Positions 50,701 to 63,609 of a DNA stretch of 64,000 bases are shown in pieces; within the stretch, counting starts at the first letter, position 1; the number at the start of each line of letters is the position of its first letter. Made by a program: the position numbers and the translations under genes. Origin of the DNA: Girardia tigrina. Lineage: Eukaryota. The stretch lies in NCBI GenBank assembly GCA_001938485.1, contig MQRK01207995.1, positions 18,793 to 82,792 on the forward strand, given 5' to 3'. The notes under the pieces are model-generated. The model was not told the DNA's origin. It was given only the letters and a program-made list of their open reading frames with translations, and did not search any database.

Positions 50701-53700
50701 ATGTGCAGAAACGTATTTTTTCTTTAAATAATATTACATTACAAAAGACCTAGTCTCAGTCTCTAACCATTTTCTCAAAACACTCATTTTGATTGTGGGA
50801 TAATTAATTTGAAACTCACTGTACATCATTCTATACATGATGCGAGAAATGATTTTGATGATTCTTAAAAAATTCAATTTCATCGATATTATAAAAAATT
50901 ACTATCTAACTGCTCTTCCAAAAATAATTTAAAAAGCTTTTCTTGATAATCCTAGCTGCATCAAAGTTGAATGGTAACTTTTGAAAATTCGTCTTACGTT
51001 CTGAAATACTATGTATCGATTAAAAATTTCTAAGTCATCCTTGGCTTGCAGTAAAATCTTCCCTTTTTCGAGTTTTTCATCACCAAAATAGAGGATCAGA
51101 GATATGGTGTCATAAGGATCTTTTCTGATAAAACCATTAATATACACCGTCGTCAAACATTTCATGTTTCTTAAATTACCGTTATCAAAGTTTACTTGTG
51201 ATCAAACATATTTTTTTGATCATTTCTTTACTTTTCTTTATATCAGAAATTGTTTAAGTACCAACTCTATTTAAACATGGAGTAATCCTTAATTATGTGT
51301 ATTGCGTTGATTGTCACTCGGCACCAAAAAACACCAAAATCATATATACAGAAACAATCCAAAATCTTATCACCAAGAAATTTAAATTATCAAAAAAATC
51401 AAGATTATCAGAAAATAAATTTATCAATTACTAAATAAATTCAATCTCCAAAAAATGCAAACTTTAAAATCCTGTATCACATTAAAAAACCCAATTATAA
51501 AAAAAAACAAATATAAAATTAATTAAATAAAAACAAATAAAAAACCTGTTTATTTTAAAAAACAAACCCCAAAATACAAAAAGCGTAAATTTGAATAAAG
51601 AAATCCGCCATCGTAACCAACGATAAAAAACTGTGTAGCGATAATTTGAATAACTAATCTTAACGAAATCAAGAGTGAATCGATTTCTCTTTCAACGATC
51701 TAAAGACTGATTTATCTTTCTGTAATGAGTTGAGAAACAATTCATCCTCACTCATACGATCAAAAATAAATTCTTCTTCACAAGTCTAAGAACCAAATTA
51801 TTGTTAAGAATTAAAAATGCTGGGAAAAATTTTGAAAGAAGGTTAAATTAAATATGTACAAATTAAAATTTATTTATAATTAAATATGTAACGTTTGAAC
51901 AAATAAATTACTAAAATTATGAAGATCTAATTAAATTGTTAATAATCAAAAATTTTTGAGAGTTTTAAATATAATATAAAAATTAAAATTTTTATTTTTT
52001 GTATGTGGAACGATTTTTAAAAATTAATAAAATAAACGAAACGATTAAATATTTTAAAACGTTATCATAATTTAAAATTAATTTATAAAAGTAATTTAAA
52101 AATGTCAAATATGAATATTTATAAGTATTTTTATTTATATCGGTGTAAGATTTATAAAACAAATTGTTTCTCAAAAAAATAATAAGTTTGTTTAAATATT
52201 AGATTTAAACATTGTTTTGTGTTGTATAATAAAAGTTTTGATGTCTGAAATAACCAATAGTAATAATTTAGACGATGTTCCAAGAACCTCTAATAGTTAT
52301 CTCTCTTAATTTAATTCAAAAATTCACTAAATGCGACTCTGGTGCGGAAAATCCTCGCGACAAGCGTTGATGCTTGTACTTTTTTATTAAATAAATTTTC
52401 TATCTTTATTTTTCATGTCAATGTGTTCGAACACGTTTCGAGAGCGGATTGACCCAGTAATCCACGAACTGATACACCCTTTTGTCGAGAAACCATACCG
52501 GGGCGGTACAGGTTAAAGTTAATATTTTCTTGTCACTTTCAAATGTCTCAGGCCACACTCCACACCATAATGTGCTTTTACAATTCGGAAAACTGATCCG
52601 AGTAATCAGAGGTTTTCTGCGTGTACAATCACAGTCATATAAAACTTTAAAATATGCTATCAAAATTACCTAATTAAAATCAAATAACAATTTCCATCAT
52701 CATATATAATTTGTAAATCATCATTACACTAATATTTGCAAATCAAAATATTAAATTAATCATAGTTATAAATTATTGAAACTTATAATGGAATCATTAA
52801 GTCTATGCTTAAACCTAATAACATCTATTACCAAATCACATTTTTACTTTTTGTAAACTGCGAACTGATACTATAATTATTATTTACAAATGTTTTAAAG
52901 AGGTTCATACCCTTACAAAATTCAATGCAACATATTTTTCTTATTAAAAATTTTTTGAAAAAAAGTCTCACATTAGAACTATAAGAGTTTTTGAGAATTT
53001 GGATCTTAGTACATTGTTGGGTCATGAGGAATGTATGAGATTACCCGTTGCAAATAAATAAACATACAAACATATAATTTCTTATAATATTAATAATTAA
53101 CAAATTACAAAGACGGTAAAAGATCATTTCATCAATCTTACTTTAAATTTTTCATTCATTAAAACCATTTGCTTCAAGCTCTGATCGATGCCTAAAAGTT
53201 TCATTGAGATTTCCGATTTCAGAGAACTCGGTTTGACAAATAATTTCCCAATTTCACTTATTTTATTCGATAAAACTTTAACTTTATTTTCATCAAAGTT
53301 TTCTATTTGCAATTTTATTTCTTTGCATAACTGAATTTTATTTTGTAGGTCCATCAGATTACTAAGACTCTGCACCTTATGAGATTCCTCAGTGATGAAT
53401 AAAGATATGTCCACCATCCATTTCTCAGCTTCCAACAAATCATTGTAAAGACCCTCAATGTTGGACTGGTCATGGACCAAGTCCTTTTCCAGTTTCTGAA
53501 AATAATCGAAATATTCGAGAAAGGTTTAAAAAATAATTTAATTACAAATTAATTGTCGTAACTATATTCAACCATTTAATTTTTAAAAAGTTTTTTAGAT
53601 TTATTTATAAATATTTAAGATTTCTTGATCCCAGATCATAAAAGTGTGTCATATATCCAAAGCCGCATTTATCATTAATCTTATTAAGCAAAGGTTCGGA

Positions 53701-56700
53701 GCCTTCGTTGCCAGAAAGCTTTTAAATTTCAAAACATTTGAAAACGAAAAAAAACTTTTTATAGCTCGTTGATAAAAATTGATTGAACTTCACGCCTGAA
53801 AATCAAAGATTGCCAAAATGACTACTCGTTTTCCTAACCTGTTAATCTTTTAATAGTTTACAAGCACAAGGAAATTTCAATCACTATTTACTATCAAATC
53901 TACACATTTGGTCACTATTAAATGATTAGAATGATCCCATGATTATCATGAACATGGGAATCGTTTTCAGGAGATAAATTAAAAATACATGAGATAAGTA
54001 TAGACTGGCCCAAAATTTAAGAAGTAAAATGAATTTATCGAAAAATATTTTAAAAGAAAACGGGCATTTAAAATAATATAATTTTAATGAAAAAGCTACT
54101 AGAAGTGTATTCCTTCTGATACAACGATGTTCCGAATTCGTTTTTCAAACGCATCAATAACTTTTACCAGCCTTTTTCGGTTTAATCTGCTAAATCTTTG
54201 AAGAAATAGAACTCCTCAATTCATAAAGAGTTTCCGGCCGATCTCGGTAGATGTTGTCTTTGACATAAACCAAAAGAAACCAATTTCAAGGATTGATGCT
54301 TGGAGAGTAAGAAGGTCACTCAATTCCTCCTTCAGACTTCTTTGGAGCATCGAGACAAATCAGTCTTGATCTGAATTCATTGCCCAAAAGCGTGAAAACT
54401 TCCTAGGTTTGATGCGGACATGTTCCGTCCTGCATGAACCAAATTCTTGTACCATGCCAAGTAATCTTATCTTTGAAAGTGCTTTTTTGTTCAATATTTG
54501 ACGACAAACTACTCCAGTAACAGTAGTTTCAATGAATGTCGGTCCAACAGTAGTTTTTGATGGGATGATTCACTATACAGTTAGTCTTCTTAGATGTAAA
54601 GGTTTTACAATCATTATTTGTGGTTTATCTCGTTCCCAGTATTGGATGTTCTGCTCGTTGACAAAGCCATCTAGGTGAAAATGAGCCTCGTTACTAAAGT
54701 TGATTTGTTTGATATTGATGGACTTCTCTTTCATCATTGTAACCATCGTGTTAGCAAACTCAAATCAATATTTTGCGGCTTTTTCCAACATGGACTGCGT
54801 CATTGGAAGCTTGTACGGTAAGAGCTCCAGGTTGAGTTTTATGAAGCGTAGCAAAGAAGATCTGCTTATTTCTAATTTTTGCAAAGTGAATCTTTGAGAA
54901 CCAGTTGTGTTTTCTTGGAAATAGATTTTGACTCTTTTGATATTTTCTTCGATCCTGACGCTCCTTTTCCTCCCTCGGGTTTCTGTTTCATCGGGAACAT
55001 TTCCTGTACGTCGAAATTTATCAATTAATCGTAATACCGTTGAATAACGAATACTGAATGACTCAATACAGAAACTCGGCACACCGATGTTCACCCGGTT
55101 CCGAATGACTGTCAGGTTCTAGTTATATCCAAAGTACCAAATCAATGAATATTTTATCAAAATCAATTAATAGCATTAAAATGACTAATACTTAGGCTGT
55201 CCCAAAAGTCCTCAAGTGGCCTTTAAAAACACACTAATATTTTACCAAATTTAACCAAATTTGGACTGAATATTATTCAGACTGTCATAAATACTGTGTT
55301 AAAATTTCAAAGCATAAAATTAAAAAAAAGTAAAATTTTGTTTTATTGAAATTTTAAAAGTGCAGCTAATTCAAATCAAGCGGTTTTTAACAATGGAACC
55401 AAATAAATGTTTAGACCTCATTCTAGCAAAGAAAGAACTCTTTTTTTTGAAAGAAGAAAAATTGGAAAAATTTATTAATCGCCCTATAGTCCAGATTTTA
55501 ATCTGTGTGACAGATTCTTGTTTTCAAAAATGAAGAAAAGTTTTAAAAATCATGTTTTCAAATCACATGAAGAAATTGAAGAAGCTTGTAAATTCTTTAG
55601 CAACAAAAACATTAAAAAATCAACTAGATAAACTTTTTAACTATTGTCAGTTGGTTATTGACAACAATGGTGAATATGTTGTTGCTTAAGAAATTTTTAA
55701 AATATTTTTTTAAATAAATTTTTAAATTCGCTGCATCTATTTTTTTTGTTGGTTAATAATATTATTTTTTTTGGTAAGTTTCAAATTTTATGCTTTGAAA
55801 TTTTAACACAGTATTTATGACAGTCTGAATAATATTCAGTCCAAATTTGGTAAAATATTAGTGTATTTTTAAAGGCCACCTGAGGACTTTTGGGACAGCC
55901 TAATATAATGACGGTATTGTAATTGAGGATATTTGTGTATGCAAAATTTCAGCTCGTTTACAAACAAAGAAATTATATCGAAGGATTTGAAAAAAGTGTT
56001 ACAGACCGACAGAGTGAACATATATAAACTTTGTAATAAGTTAACTTATTATTTTACTGAGAAATAACTCATAAATAAATTAATAATAATTGTTAGGACA
56101 AGTAATTGATAACAAAGATAAATGCAATGGAATAAGGTAATAACTACAGTTAAGATGAGTGAATACATTTCAGAAGAACATTATTTTTTTTAAAGGATTC
56201 TTGAAAAAATAATATTATTTTATCTGGAAAAAATACGGCTATACGCTTGGAAATCTAATCTCATTTTACATCTAATGATTGGAATAATACATTGGTGGAC
56301 TCTTTGTAATCTTTAATTTTTTAAAATATATATATATATATATATATATTAGGGATAAAAACAAGACGACGCGTTTCGAGATAATAAAAATCCCATCATC
56401 AGGTCACAAATTACACTACGCAAGTACACTATATGGTTACTTGCCGAAAATAAATTAAATTTATCCAANNNNNNNNNNNNNNNNNNNNNNNNNNNNNNNN
56501 NNNNNNNNNNNNNNNNNNNNNNNNNNNNNNNNNNNNNNNNNNNNNNNNNNNNNNNNNNNNNNNNNNNNNNNNNNNNNNNNNNNNNNNNNNNNNNNNNNNN
56601 NNNNNNNNNNNNNNNNNNNNNNNNNNNNNNNNNNNNNNNNNNNNNNNNNNNNNNNNNNNNNNNNNNNNNNNNNNNNNNNNNNNNNNNNNNNNNNNNNNNN

Positions 56701-56825
56701 NNNNNNNNNNNNNNNNNNNNNNNNNNNNNNNNNNNNNNNNNNNNNNNNNNNNNNNNNNNNNNNNNNNNNNNNNNNNNNNNNNNNNNNNNNNNNNNNNNNN
56801 NNNNNNNNNNNNNNNNNNNNNNNNN

Positions 56826-56859
<34 letters not shown>

Positions 56860-59800
56860 AGGTATCATAGACCGGGGATGGACCAACTGCGGCACGTCAG
56901 AGTATATTATGCGGCGCGTACGCATGTACAAGTTGCGATTCCATGTAGACTTTAATTTTCATTGCTTAAAAATTTCACTATTTTAAAACTTTATTCCGAC
57001 TATTTAATTCGAATCAACAGATATTAAATTGGTTTTATGGATATATGTTCCAGTTTGCCGATGCTGCTAACAAATAAATTTTAATGATATTAACGAAAAG
57101 AAAGAAGATTTTGTTTTTCAAGAATAAAAAATTCATGCAGAGTGAAAACCGTCTTTGGCTGTGATTTGATAATGTTTTCAATCTTAAATAATGTCGCTAA
57201 TTCTCCCATTAAAATTTGTTAGCAAACGAAACGAATACATCAATAAATATTCGGCAGCTGATCAAAAATATAAAGAGAAACATTAATTAAAAAATGTTCT
57301 TAAATACTTTAAACTTTAAAGTAAAAGTTCTTACCTTAATTTTGTCCAATGTTTCACAGAATTTTTTCTGTAAAACTAAGGGATCCTGAGATTTATGAAA
57401 ATCGGCATGAGCGTCGGCCTTGTAAAATAGGTCCATGAATTTAGATACTTTTGGTTTCAAAGTTTCAGAATATGCGTGCATATTCTAAAAATAAAAATAA
57501 TTAAAGGATGAATTATGTGATATTAAAACACAATATAAATGAAATTGAATAATCTTTGTATTAAGAATCATTTATATATTGTTTTCTTCATTTAACTTTA
57601 TGTGAAATGATGAAAATTATTCGTTTAGTCTCACATTTGAGCGTAGTCATGCAGAAAGCAGCTAGTCCACAAATATGTATTTTTGCAGTTTTTATGTGGA
57701 ATGAATTCAGAATTGTCTTATAATGTTCTGCTAAAAATTTCCAGTCTACTTGTCACAAAAAAGCTTGTAAAATGCACCCTTGTGGACATGGAAATAAATA
57801 AATAAATCAAAAACAAATTAAATAAATGAAAATAAATGGTAAAAATGTGTTTCTTTAAACGTGTTTATGTTGTTGTTTATGTTGTATCTCAGCAGAGGGT
57901 TTTCCGGTTTTTGTTATTGGAGATTCTTTTTCTGGATTTTTCTGACCTATTAATGATTGATTTGTCCAATTTAAATACGAAACAGAGTCGGGAGAGAACG
58001 TTTGATTTTGAGAAAATATTGATGTTGTTTTTACATTTGCCTCTGTTGAATTATTATCATCTTTACGTTCATAGAAAAACATATAGGCATTTGATAAAAA
58101 GAAATTCACTTTTATAACGTCAAATAAATCTTTTATATTGTTTGATTTCTGTACATGGAGATCGTCATAGAGTATCCAACCTTGGTGATGAAAAAGGGTT
58201 TGGTGATGACCACTTGTAGGCTGCAATCCAATGTGAATCAAAATCGCTTTGATGACATAATCATAACCTTTATCAGTTGTTTTATCTCTAATATATATCC
58301 ATTGACAAATGTGAACTAAAATCAACATTCGAGCAATTCTTCTTTTTTGTACCAGTATTATCATACAAATATCTTAGAAATTGAAAGCAAAGCAAAGGTG
58401 GAAGATACTTTAGAACGGTTTAAGACAACACGAACTATCATATTTATTATCATCTGAGAGTAATTCAACCTTCAAAAAATCTAAAAGTGCTTGATCAAAA
58501 AAGACCATTGGTTTCAAATCAATTTTTCTAAATTGAATACTGATCTCAGATTCATAACCGCAATCCTCTAAAATAGTATCGGGATTCCAAACGGCATTAA
58601 TTTTATTGTCAAATTGATTGAGAAGACTTTCAGGAATTTTTAATCTAGCACCATCGACAAATTTTACAATCACTTCAAGTGATGTTTCAAGGACTTCGAG
58701 CAACCAGCTGTCGTAAGTATAATTAGTCTCCAGATTTTTTCCAATATACGGCTCGATCCATTTTATGCGCGAGCAATCCATATTTTTGATGATCTTATTC
58801 TGACCCAAATGCGTACATTAGCTCTCATTTTGACATTGAAAAACGCCCAACATTTGTCTTTCCGTCGATATTCAACATGAAGATATCAGACATTTTTAAA
58901 TTGCATTCGTATAAGTGCAGATCCGATCGAGCGATATTTTTATGAAACCTTTATCGTACAAATTAATTATCTCAGAATTGTATTTGTGAATAAACCAAGT
59001 GACATTGACTGTTTCTTTTCGCGGAGGTCGTTCAAATTTTCTTCACTTGAAGAATCGTCACCGTCATTGGAATCCGATGGCGATAATGAAGCGCATTTCT
59101 CTGGATTATCGGGTTTTTTGTTGCCTTAATTCGACTGTTTGGTTTCATTGGAAATATCTTTAGAATTGATTGATTTCCAAAACGATGGAGTAAACGATTT
59201 CTCTTTTGTTACTAAACCCACAGAACATTTTTTCAACAGATTATCGATTAAAATGACTAAATCGTCGTAATAAAACTCTTTTGTTGTTGATTTCATTGGA
59301 AAAGTCGAAAAGGAAAATAATTTAACTCGAATGTGAATTATAATAAAAAAAATTGAGAGATTCGCAAAATTTTATTTGTTGAAAACCATTAACATTAATT
59401 GTGAATCACAAAATCAATTTTTTACTCCAAACACACATCCACTTACTTTTCATTCTAACCAATTACACATATCCATGCATTTCAACCTGATTACATACAC
59501 ATTATCACATCCATAATTCAGCGGAATAATTGATCCATTTAAATGGACAAAGACGATCCTCACAATTACAAAAAATATCAATGATCAAAACTCAAATTAG
59601 TTCTCTATTGGTATTTAATGTTAATTCAAAAATAGAACGACTTATCGACTGCAAACGTGAATTATTGAAACTACCATCATGAAACCAAATGAAAATGATG
59701 GTTTATCATGCTATTTATATTGATATATATATATATATATATACATATATACTTTTTAGCGCAATTTCCATACAGACAATTGCGATTATTAATTGGTTAT

Positions 59801-62800
59801 TTCTGTGTGGATGGATGGATGAATGTGTGTCCGCAGCTTTAAGTCGTATCTCCTCCTCAACGAAGCAATATCGAGGGCTAGTTCCAAAAGCAAATATGTT
59901 AAGCAAGTTCCGTGGATGATTGTGGGCCAAAAAAATTCCAGGAATTCCTTCCTGGATTTCCCGGAAAAGCCAAAAAACCTCGAATAAATGCAGTTTTTGG
60001 CATATATCTCGGCAACCAGACCACTTTGCAACTTGAAACATTTACCAATCGATTCCTGCAATAATTTAGAACAATATTGCCGAAGAAAGTTTTCAAAAAT
60101 ATCCTTTCGTTCGGTCACAAAAAATTAATCATAGTCAAATACTGATNNNNNNNNNNNNNNNNNNNNNNNNNNNNNNNNNNNNNNNNNNNNNNNNNNACAA
60201 AAAATTAATCATAGTCAAATACTGATATAAACGTTTTAATATTTGGGCACCGAATAACATAAGGAAATTGCGCTTAAATTGTCACTAGACTTTTTATTAA
60301 CTTGTTTTAATTTAATTTATTTATTTTAATTACTTGTTTATTTTACTTTAATTACTTATTTTATATTTAATTAAAATTTTTATTTTATTTAATTTTAATT
60401 TATTTAATATTTTAATTTAAATTGAGTTCAAGTAAGGGCCAAAAGGTAATCAAAGCGCGAACAGTTTATGGGGTGAAATTTGACAGTGATTGTTTTTATC
60501 TTTGATAATTGACGAGTTTTAATTTCTTGTATAAGAGATAATTTTCCAACGAATTTGTTGTCGTCATGGCTGTGAAAATTTGTTTGTTGAATCGTGATGG
60601 TAAAGTGGGAATTTTGAAATATTTGCTGTAAATTGGAAATTTGTAAATTAATGATGAAACTTTTTTTGGAAAAATAAAATATTGTATCAATTGAAAAATC
60701 TTCATCCAAATGTCGTTTGTTTTTTAAATCACTGTGAAAATGCAATATAATTGTAATAATTTAAAAAGTTCTATCGTTAATCACATCGATTTACATCGAT
60801 TCTCAAGGCAAAAGGATCAAACACGAAACCTTCTTTATTTTTTTTAAATTGACAATTGTGGTTGAAATTTTTAAACCTCCATTTTTGTAATTGTGACAAA
60901 TTTTCATTTTTAAAAACAAATTACACACCACACACACACTTAACCAATCGCATTCACATTATCATTAAATTTACATATTAACACACATGCATGCATTACA
61001 CAACAAACATTTACCAGGCATTCACACAGCATTCATACATAAAAATGAGGCTCACCATTTCGCCCAATTACATTGTGATTGCATATTTCCATTCAGCAAT
61101 CGATCGATTCAGACAAATCATACATTTGAAAATTAATAACACAATTGGACTATTCAAAAAAAGAAACAAAGAACTCACGTGATTATTTTTTTTAATCACA
61201 ATCACACCTTTTATCGATGATTTATTTGAAAGAAAAATTCTTAACTGAACTATTCAAATAAGAAACACCAAAACTATATATTTTATTTACTTCATTTAAT
61301 TTTTTTTATTTATTATTATTATTTATTTATTTAATTTATTAATTTTAATTAATTTGTCCAATTATTTTAATTTTATTCATGTTTAATTATTTAATCATAT
61401 ATTTTCAAATTCTTACCGGATACGACATTGTTTAGATCTAGAGATATTTTTAAAGGTGGAAAACATGCTAAAGACAGATTAACAATTGTTTTAACGTGTT
61501 CTGTATTGGGCAAAAAACTCCCTCCAATTATAATAGGGTAATCAAAATGACCTAGATGTCTAAGAAACATTGATTTGTCTAAGCTAAACGTTAAATATTG
61601 GTCAAGTTCAAAAGCCTTGATGACTACAACCTTATTTAATTCGTATCTTAGAGAATTGGACGACTATTTTAAGAAAAGAAATAGAAAAATACTTTTATAC
61701 ATTTAATTGATCCTGAAAATAAACTAACGAATATTAAGCTAAAAATTTTCCCACCTAATTTAACCAATGTGTTACAACCACTCGATGTTGGGATCATAAG
61801 GAGTTTAAAAGCATATTGCAGAAAGTATCAGATTTTAACTTTATTAAAAAAATTCAAGATAAAGTGCATGTATCTGAACTCGCTAAGAAAATGAATATTT
61901 TTGATGCGAATAAATTTTTGACTAGTGCTTGGAACGATATAAAGCCTGAAACTATACAGAAGTGCTTTAAAAGTTGTGGATTTTCAAAAAAATACTGATA
62001 TCGTTAAATATGATTTAAATGAAATAGAAAATTAAGTGAATGAAGTTGTCGAGATAGCAGAAAATATTGGGATACAGGGTAAAAATTTGATATTCGAAGA
62101 AATTATACCAGAATTTGAAATGCTGGCGGTTGAAGATTTACGCAACGTTATAATTGAAGAGTTTTATGATGATTATCCAATTGAAGAAGATGTGATCGAA
62201 CCCGATAATGTGGAAATAAATAATAATATCATTGGAATTCTAATATCTAATGACGAGGTAATAAATTATTTGACGAAATTAATAACTTATGCAAAAGAAA
62301 AATATATGTATGAAGGGGAATTAAATTTGTTAAAAATGAAACAGGATGTTATTTCTCAACATAAGAAGAATTTGAACCAAAACTCAATTATAGATTTTTT
62401 TATAAAAAAATAAATGTTGATTGATGCTTTAATTGATCCATTATATTTTAAACTTTTTACATCGTTACAAAATTTTACATCTTTTCTCTAAACGTTAAAA
62501 AAATTATATTACTATCATTTGGTGAAATCTATTTATATTCCAAAAAAATATCAAGTGATTTTCTTGTAAAATTTAATAATTAGTAAATATAATACTTTTG
62601 ATCTATAATTTTATTTTACATTGCCTTTTATTTCTAGAAAAAATGCACCAAAAACTTTATGTTACATTCTATATAAGGTACATTTTCGAAAAATTTTCTT
62701 GAAAAATAGGATGAACCTTATGGGGAGGTTTCACTGTATACAAATAAGAAATGAGCAACAACACATTGTTATATCATTTAAGCAAGGTCTTATTGTAACA

Positions 62801-63609
62801 TTTAGCGCTTATTGTGAACATATTATCTAGACATAACATATACCATCTAAAATGATTTAAGATTAAAAAAACTGTTTTATTTAAAAGGTAGAATCACAAA
62901 CAAAGGAGTGTCAATGATATTTTCATTAATGGTTTCTAATTTTTTAAATTTTCCGAAAAAATGCACAAATATTTGTTGTTGTTGTGCTCGATTATTTAAT
63001 ATTTTTTTAAAATAAATTATCAACTTTGAATATTTATTCATGTGTATTTTGGTATGATGACTTGGTTCCGTAAACATACCAACAAAACTTTTAAATACAA
63101 ATTTTGGGTCAATGTGGAAATATATTCAAAGTATTGTTTTATAAGTTATTCCTAAATCAAAATCACTAAAAAATGTCCAATACTCAAAATATTCAAAATA
63201 ATGTAATAAAATTCAAATTAAAAATCTTTTCTTTGATAGGAGAATTAAAAGAACAGGAAACATTTATCAACTTCTGTGAAATTACCTTTATTGTTTGAAG
63301 TCTCTTGGAATTAACATCATGGTTCTTATATCCTTCAGTTATCATTGATTCCAGCTCCCTATCCGTATCCGTTATCCAACTTTGAATTTGATTACTCAAA
63401 GTGTCCAAAGACGCCCAAAAATCGAGAAGACGATTCATTCGGTTTTTAATTTCATTGAATTTTTCTTTATAATTATTCCAATTCTTTTTTAAAGCTAAAG
63501 ACATTTCATTAATTATTCTTTCTGATTCAAAGAAAATTGAAAGTTTGTTGGACATTTGCATTGAATCCTCAACCATTCGATCACCCTCTGGTATTTGTGA
63601 TTCAAGTAA
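38081..63609 (-). CDS. Large spectrin-repeat protein (nesprin/dystrophin/spectraplakin-like), 3' part; 5' end lies beyond the window
   Basis: Eight exons with AG/GT boundaries, all phase 0, joining in frame: 63286-63609, 57335-57484, 53142-53495, 48954-49136, 42325-42510, 42124-42282, 41799-42077, 38081-38746 (stop). Amphipathic helices with spectrin-type Trp (QIQSWITDTDREL, LLEAEKWMVD, KEKWNTIENEADEL). N gaps could hide more exons. Confidence 0.8.
38900..41600 (-). mobile_element. mariner remnant split by a MULE
   Basis: MEEIKEHFCHLILFDFKKRKNATQA (41480-41585) continues as ...RELAEILQIS...VWIPHNL (38930-39245). Confidence 0.8.
39257..41466 (+). mobile_element. Mutator (MULE) element with FLYWCH-type zinc finger and DDE transposase (broken)
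   Basis: 9-bp TSD agctaaagt; TIRs with atttcgac repeats; SNRG...DGYLY...WQC...CKGR and FVDGIFKLAPKLFAQ...LLPNKKEKTY. Confidence 0.92.
41799..42510 (-). CDS. Spectrin-repeat gene, three exons separated by 42- and 46-nt introns
   Basis: Exons 42325-42510, 42124-42282 (MFKKLEALRHHKEKWNTIENEADELL), 41799-42077; canonical GT-AG, phase 0. Confidence 0.8.
42777..47620 (+). mobile_element. Tc1-like element split by a hAT
   Basis: N-half 42930-43646 (RTKHPVSIMLLGVVAANG); C-half after 47155 (KWPPYLPDVFPLDYSI). Confidence 0.75.
43647..47154 (+). mobile_element. hAT transposon (ZNF862/C17orf113-like), degenerate
   Basis: TIRs caggggttttaagg / ccttaaaaaaaccctg; ctatacg duplicated at both ends (7 of the expected 8 bp); PERGFSTLKRVKT dimerisation motif. 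Confidence 0.85.
47806..48069. mobile_element. mariner-type MITE
   Basis: TA-flanked TIRs ttgggttgaggaataagttc / gaacttattgctcaacctaa. Confidence 0.8.
48954..49136 (-). CDS. Spectrin-repeat gene exon (NIIKQRLNMI...LEKLK)
   Basis: tttttag acceptor, aag|gtagt donor, 61 codons. Confidence 0.8.
49565..50821 (-). mobile_element. Tc1 transposon, degenerate
   Basis: TA TSD, about 80-bp TIRs starting cagtg; IFQQD and LPDLNPIENHW motifs. Confidence 0.9.
53142..53495 (-). CDS. Spectrin-repeat gene exon (KLEKDLVHDQ...NEKFK)
   Basis: tttcag acceptor, aaa|gtaag donor, 118 codons. Confidence 0.85.
54000..55130 (-). mobile_element. Tc1/mariner superfamily transposase remnant (rosa/DD41D-like)
   Basis: KFRRTGNV...GRKRSVR, FSNEAHFHLDGFVN, WFMQDG, WPSYSP motifs. 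Confidence 0.8.
55192..55903 (+). mobile_element. mariner-derived MITE with about 130-bp TIRs
   Basis: ttaggctgtcccaaaagtcctca / tgaggacttttgggacagcctaa; internal RPYSPDFNLCDRFLF...NNGEYV. Confidence 0.9.
56363..56407 (-). ncRNA. Minimal type I hammerhead ribozyme, second family
   Basis: gac CTGATGA t gggat-ttttatt-atctc GAAA cgcg TC gtc; lies beside (TA)n and an N gap. Confidence 0.8.
57335..57484 (-). CDS. Spectrin-repeat gene exon (NMHAYSETLK...LDKIK)
   Basis: ttttag acceptor, aag|gtaag donor, 50 codons. Confidence 0.8.
57855..59020 (-). pseudogene. Intronless ubiquitin-specific protease (peptidase C19/USP) pseudogene
   Basis: Cys-box-like KGFIKISLDRICTYTNAI*KCL; FLKVELLSDDNKYDSSCC; His box YVIKAILIHIGLQPTSGHH...WILYDDLHV...NAYMFFYERK; several stops. 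Confidence 0.75.
59752..60295 (+). mobile_element. Helentron/DINE-1-like non-autonomous element
   Basis: Sub-terminal IRs agcgcaatttcc / ggaaattgcgct, adjacent 5' IR, (GGAT)n microsatellite, small 3' hairpin, T-rich ends. Confidence 0.7.
61420..62736 (+). mobile_element. pogo/Tigger (CENP-B-like DDE) transposon, 5'-truncated
   Basis: KGGKHAKDRLT, PPNLTNVLQPLDVGII, AWNDIKPETIQKCF; right TIR ...ggaggtttcactg TA. Confidence 0.9.
63286..63609 (-). CDS. Spectrin-repeat gene exon (LLESQIPEGDRMVEDS...KRLQTIK)
   Basis: ttcag acceptor, aag|gtaatt donor, 108 open codons. Confidence 0.85.

Noticed and set aside
52440-52500. HExxH metalloprotease motif (VIHELIH) on the plus strand
   Set aside because: Short frame with no supporting context; probably chance.
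60117-60226. 30-bp direct repeat resembling a TSD
   Set aside because: Flanks a 50-N gap; unmerged contig overlap.
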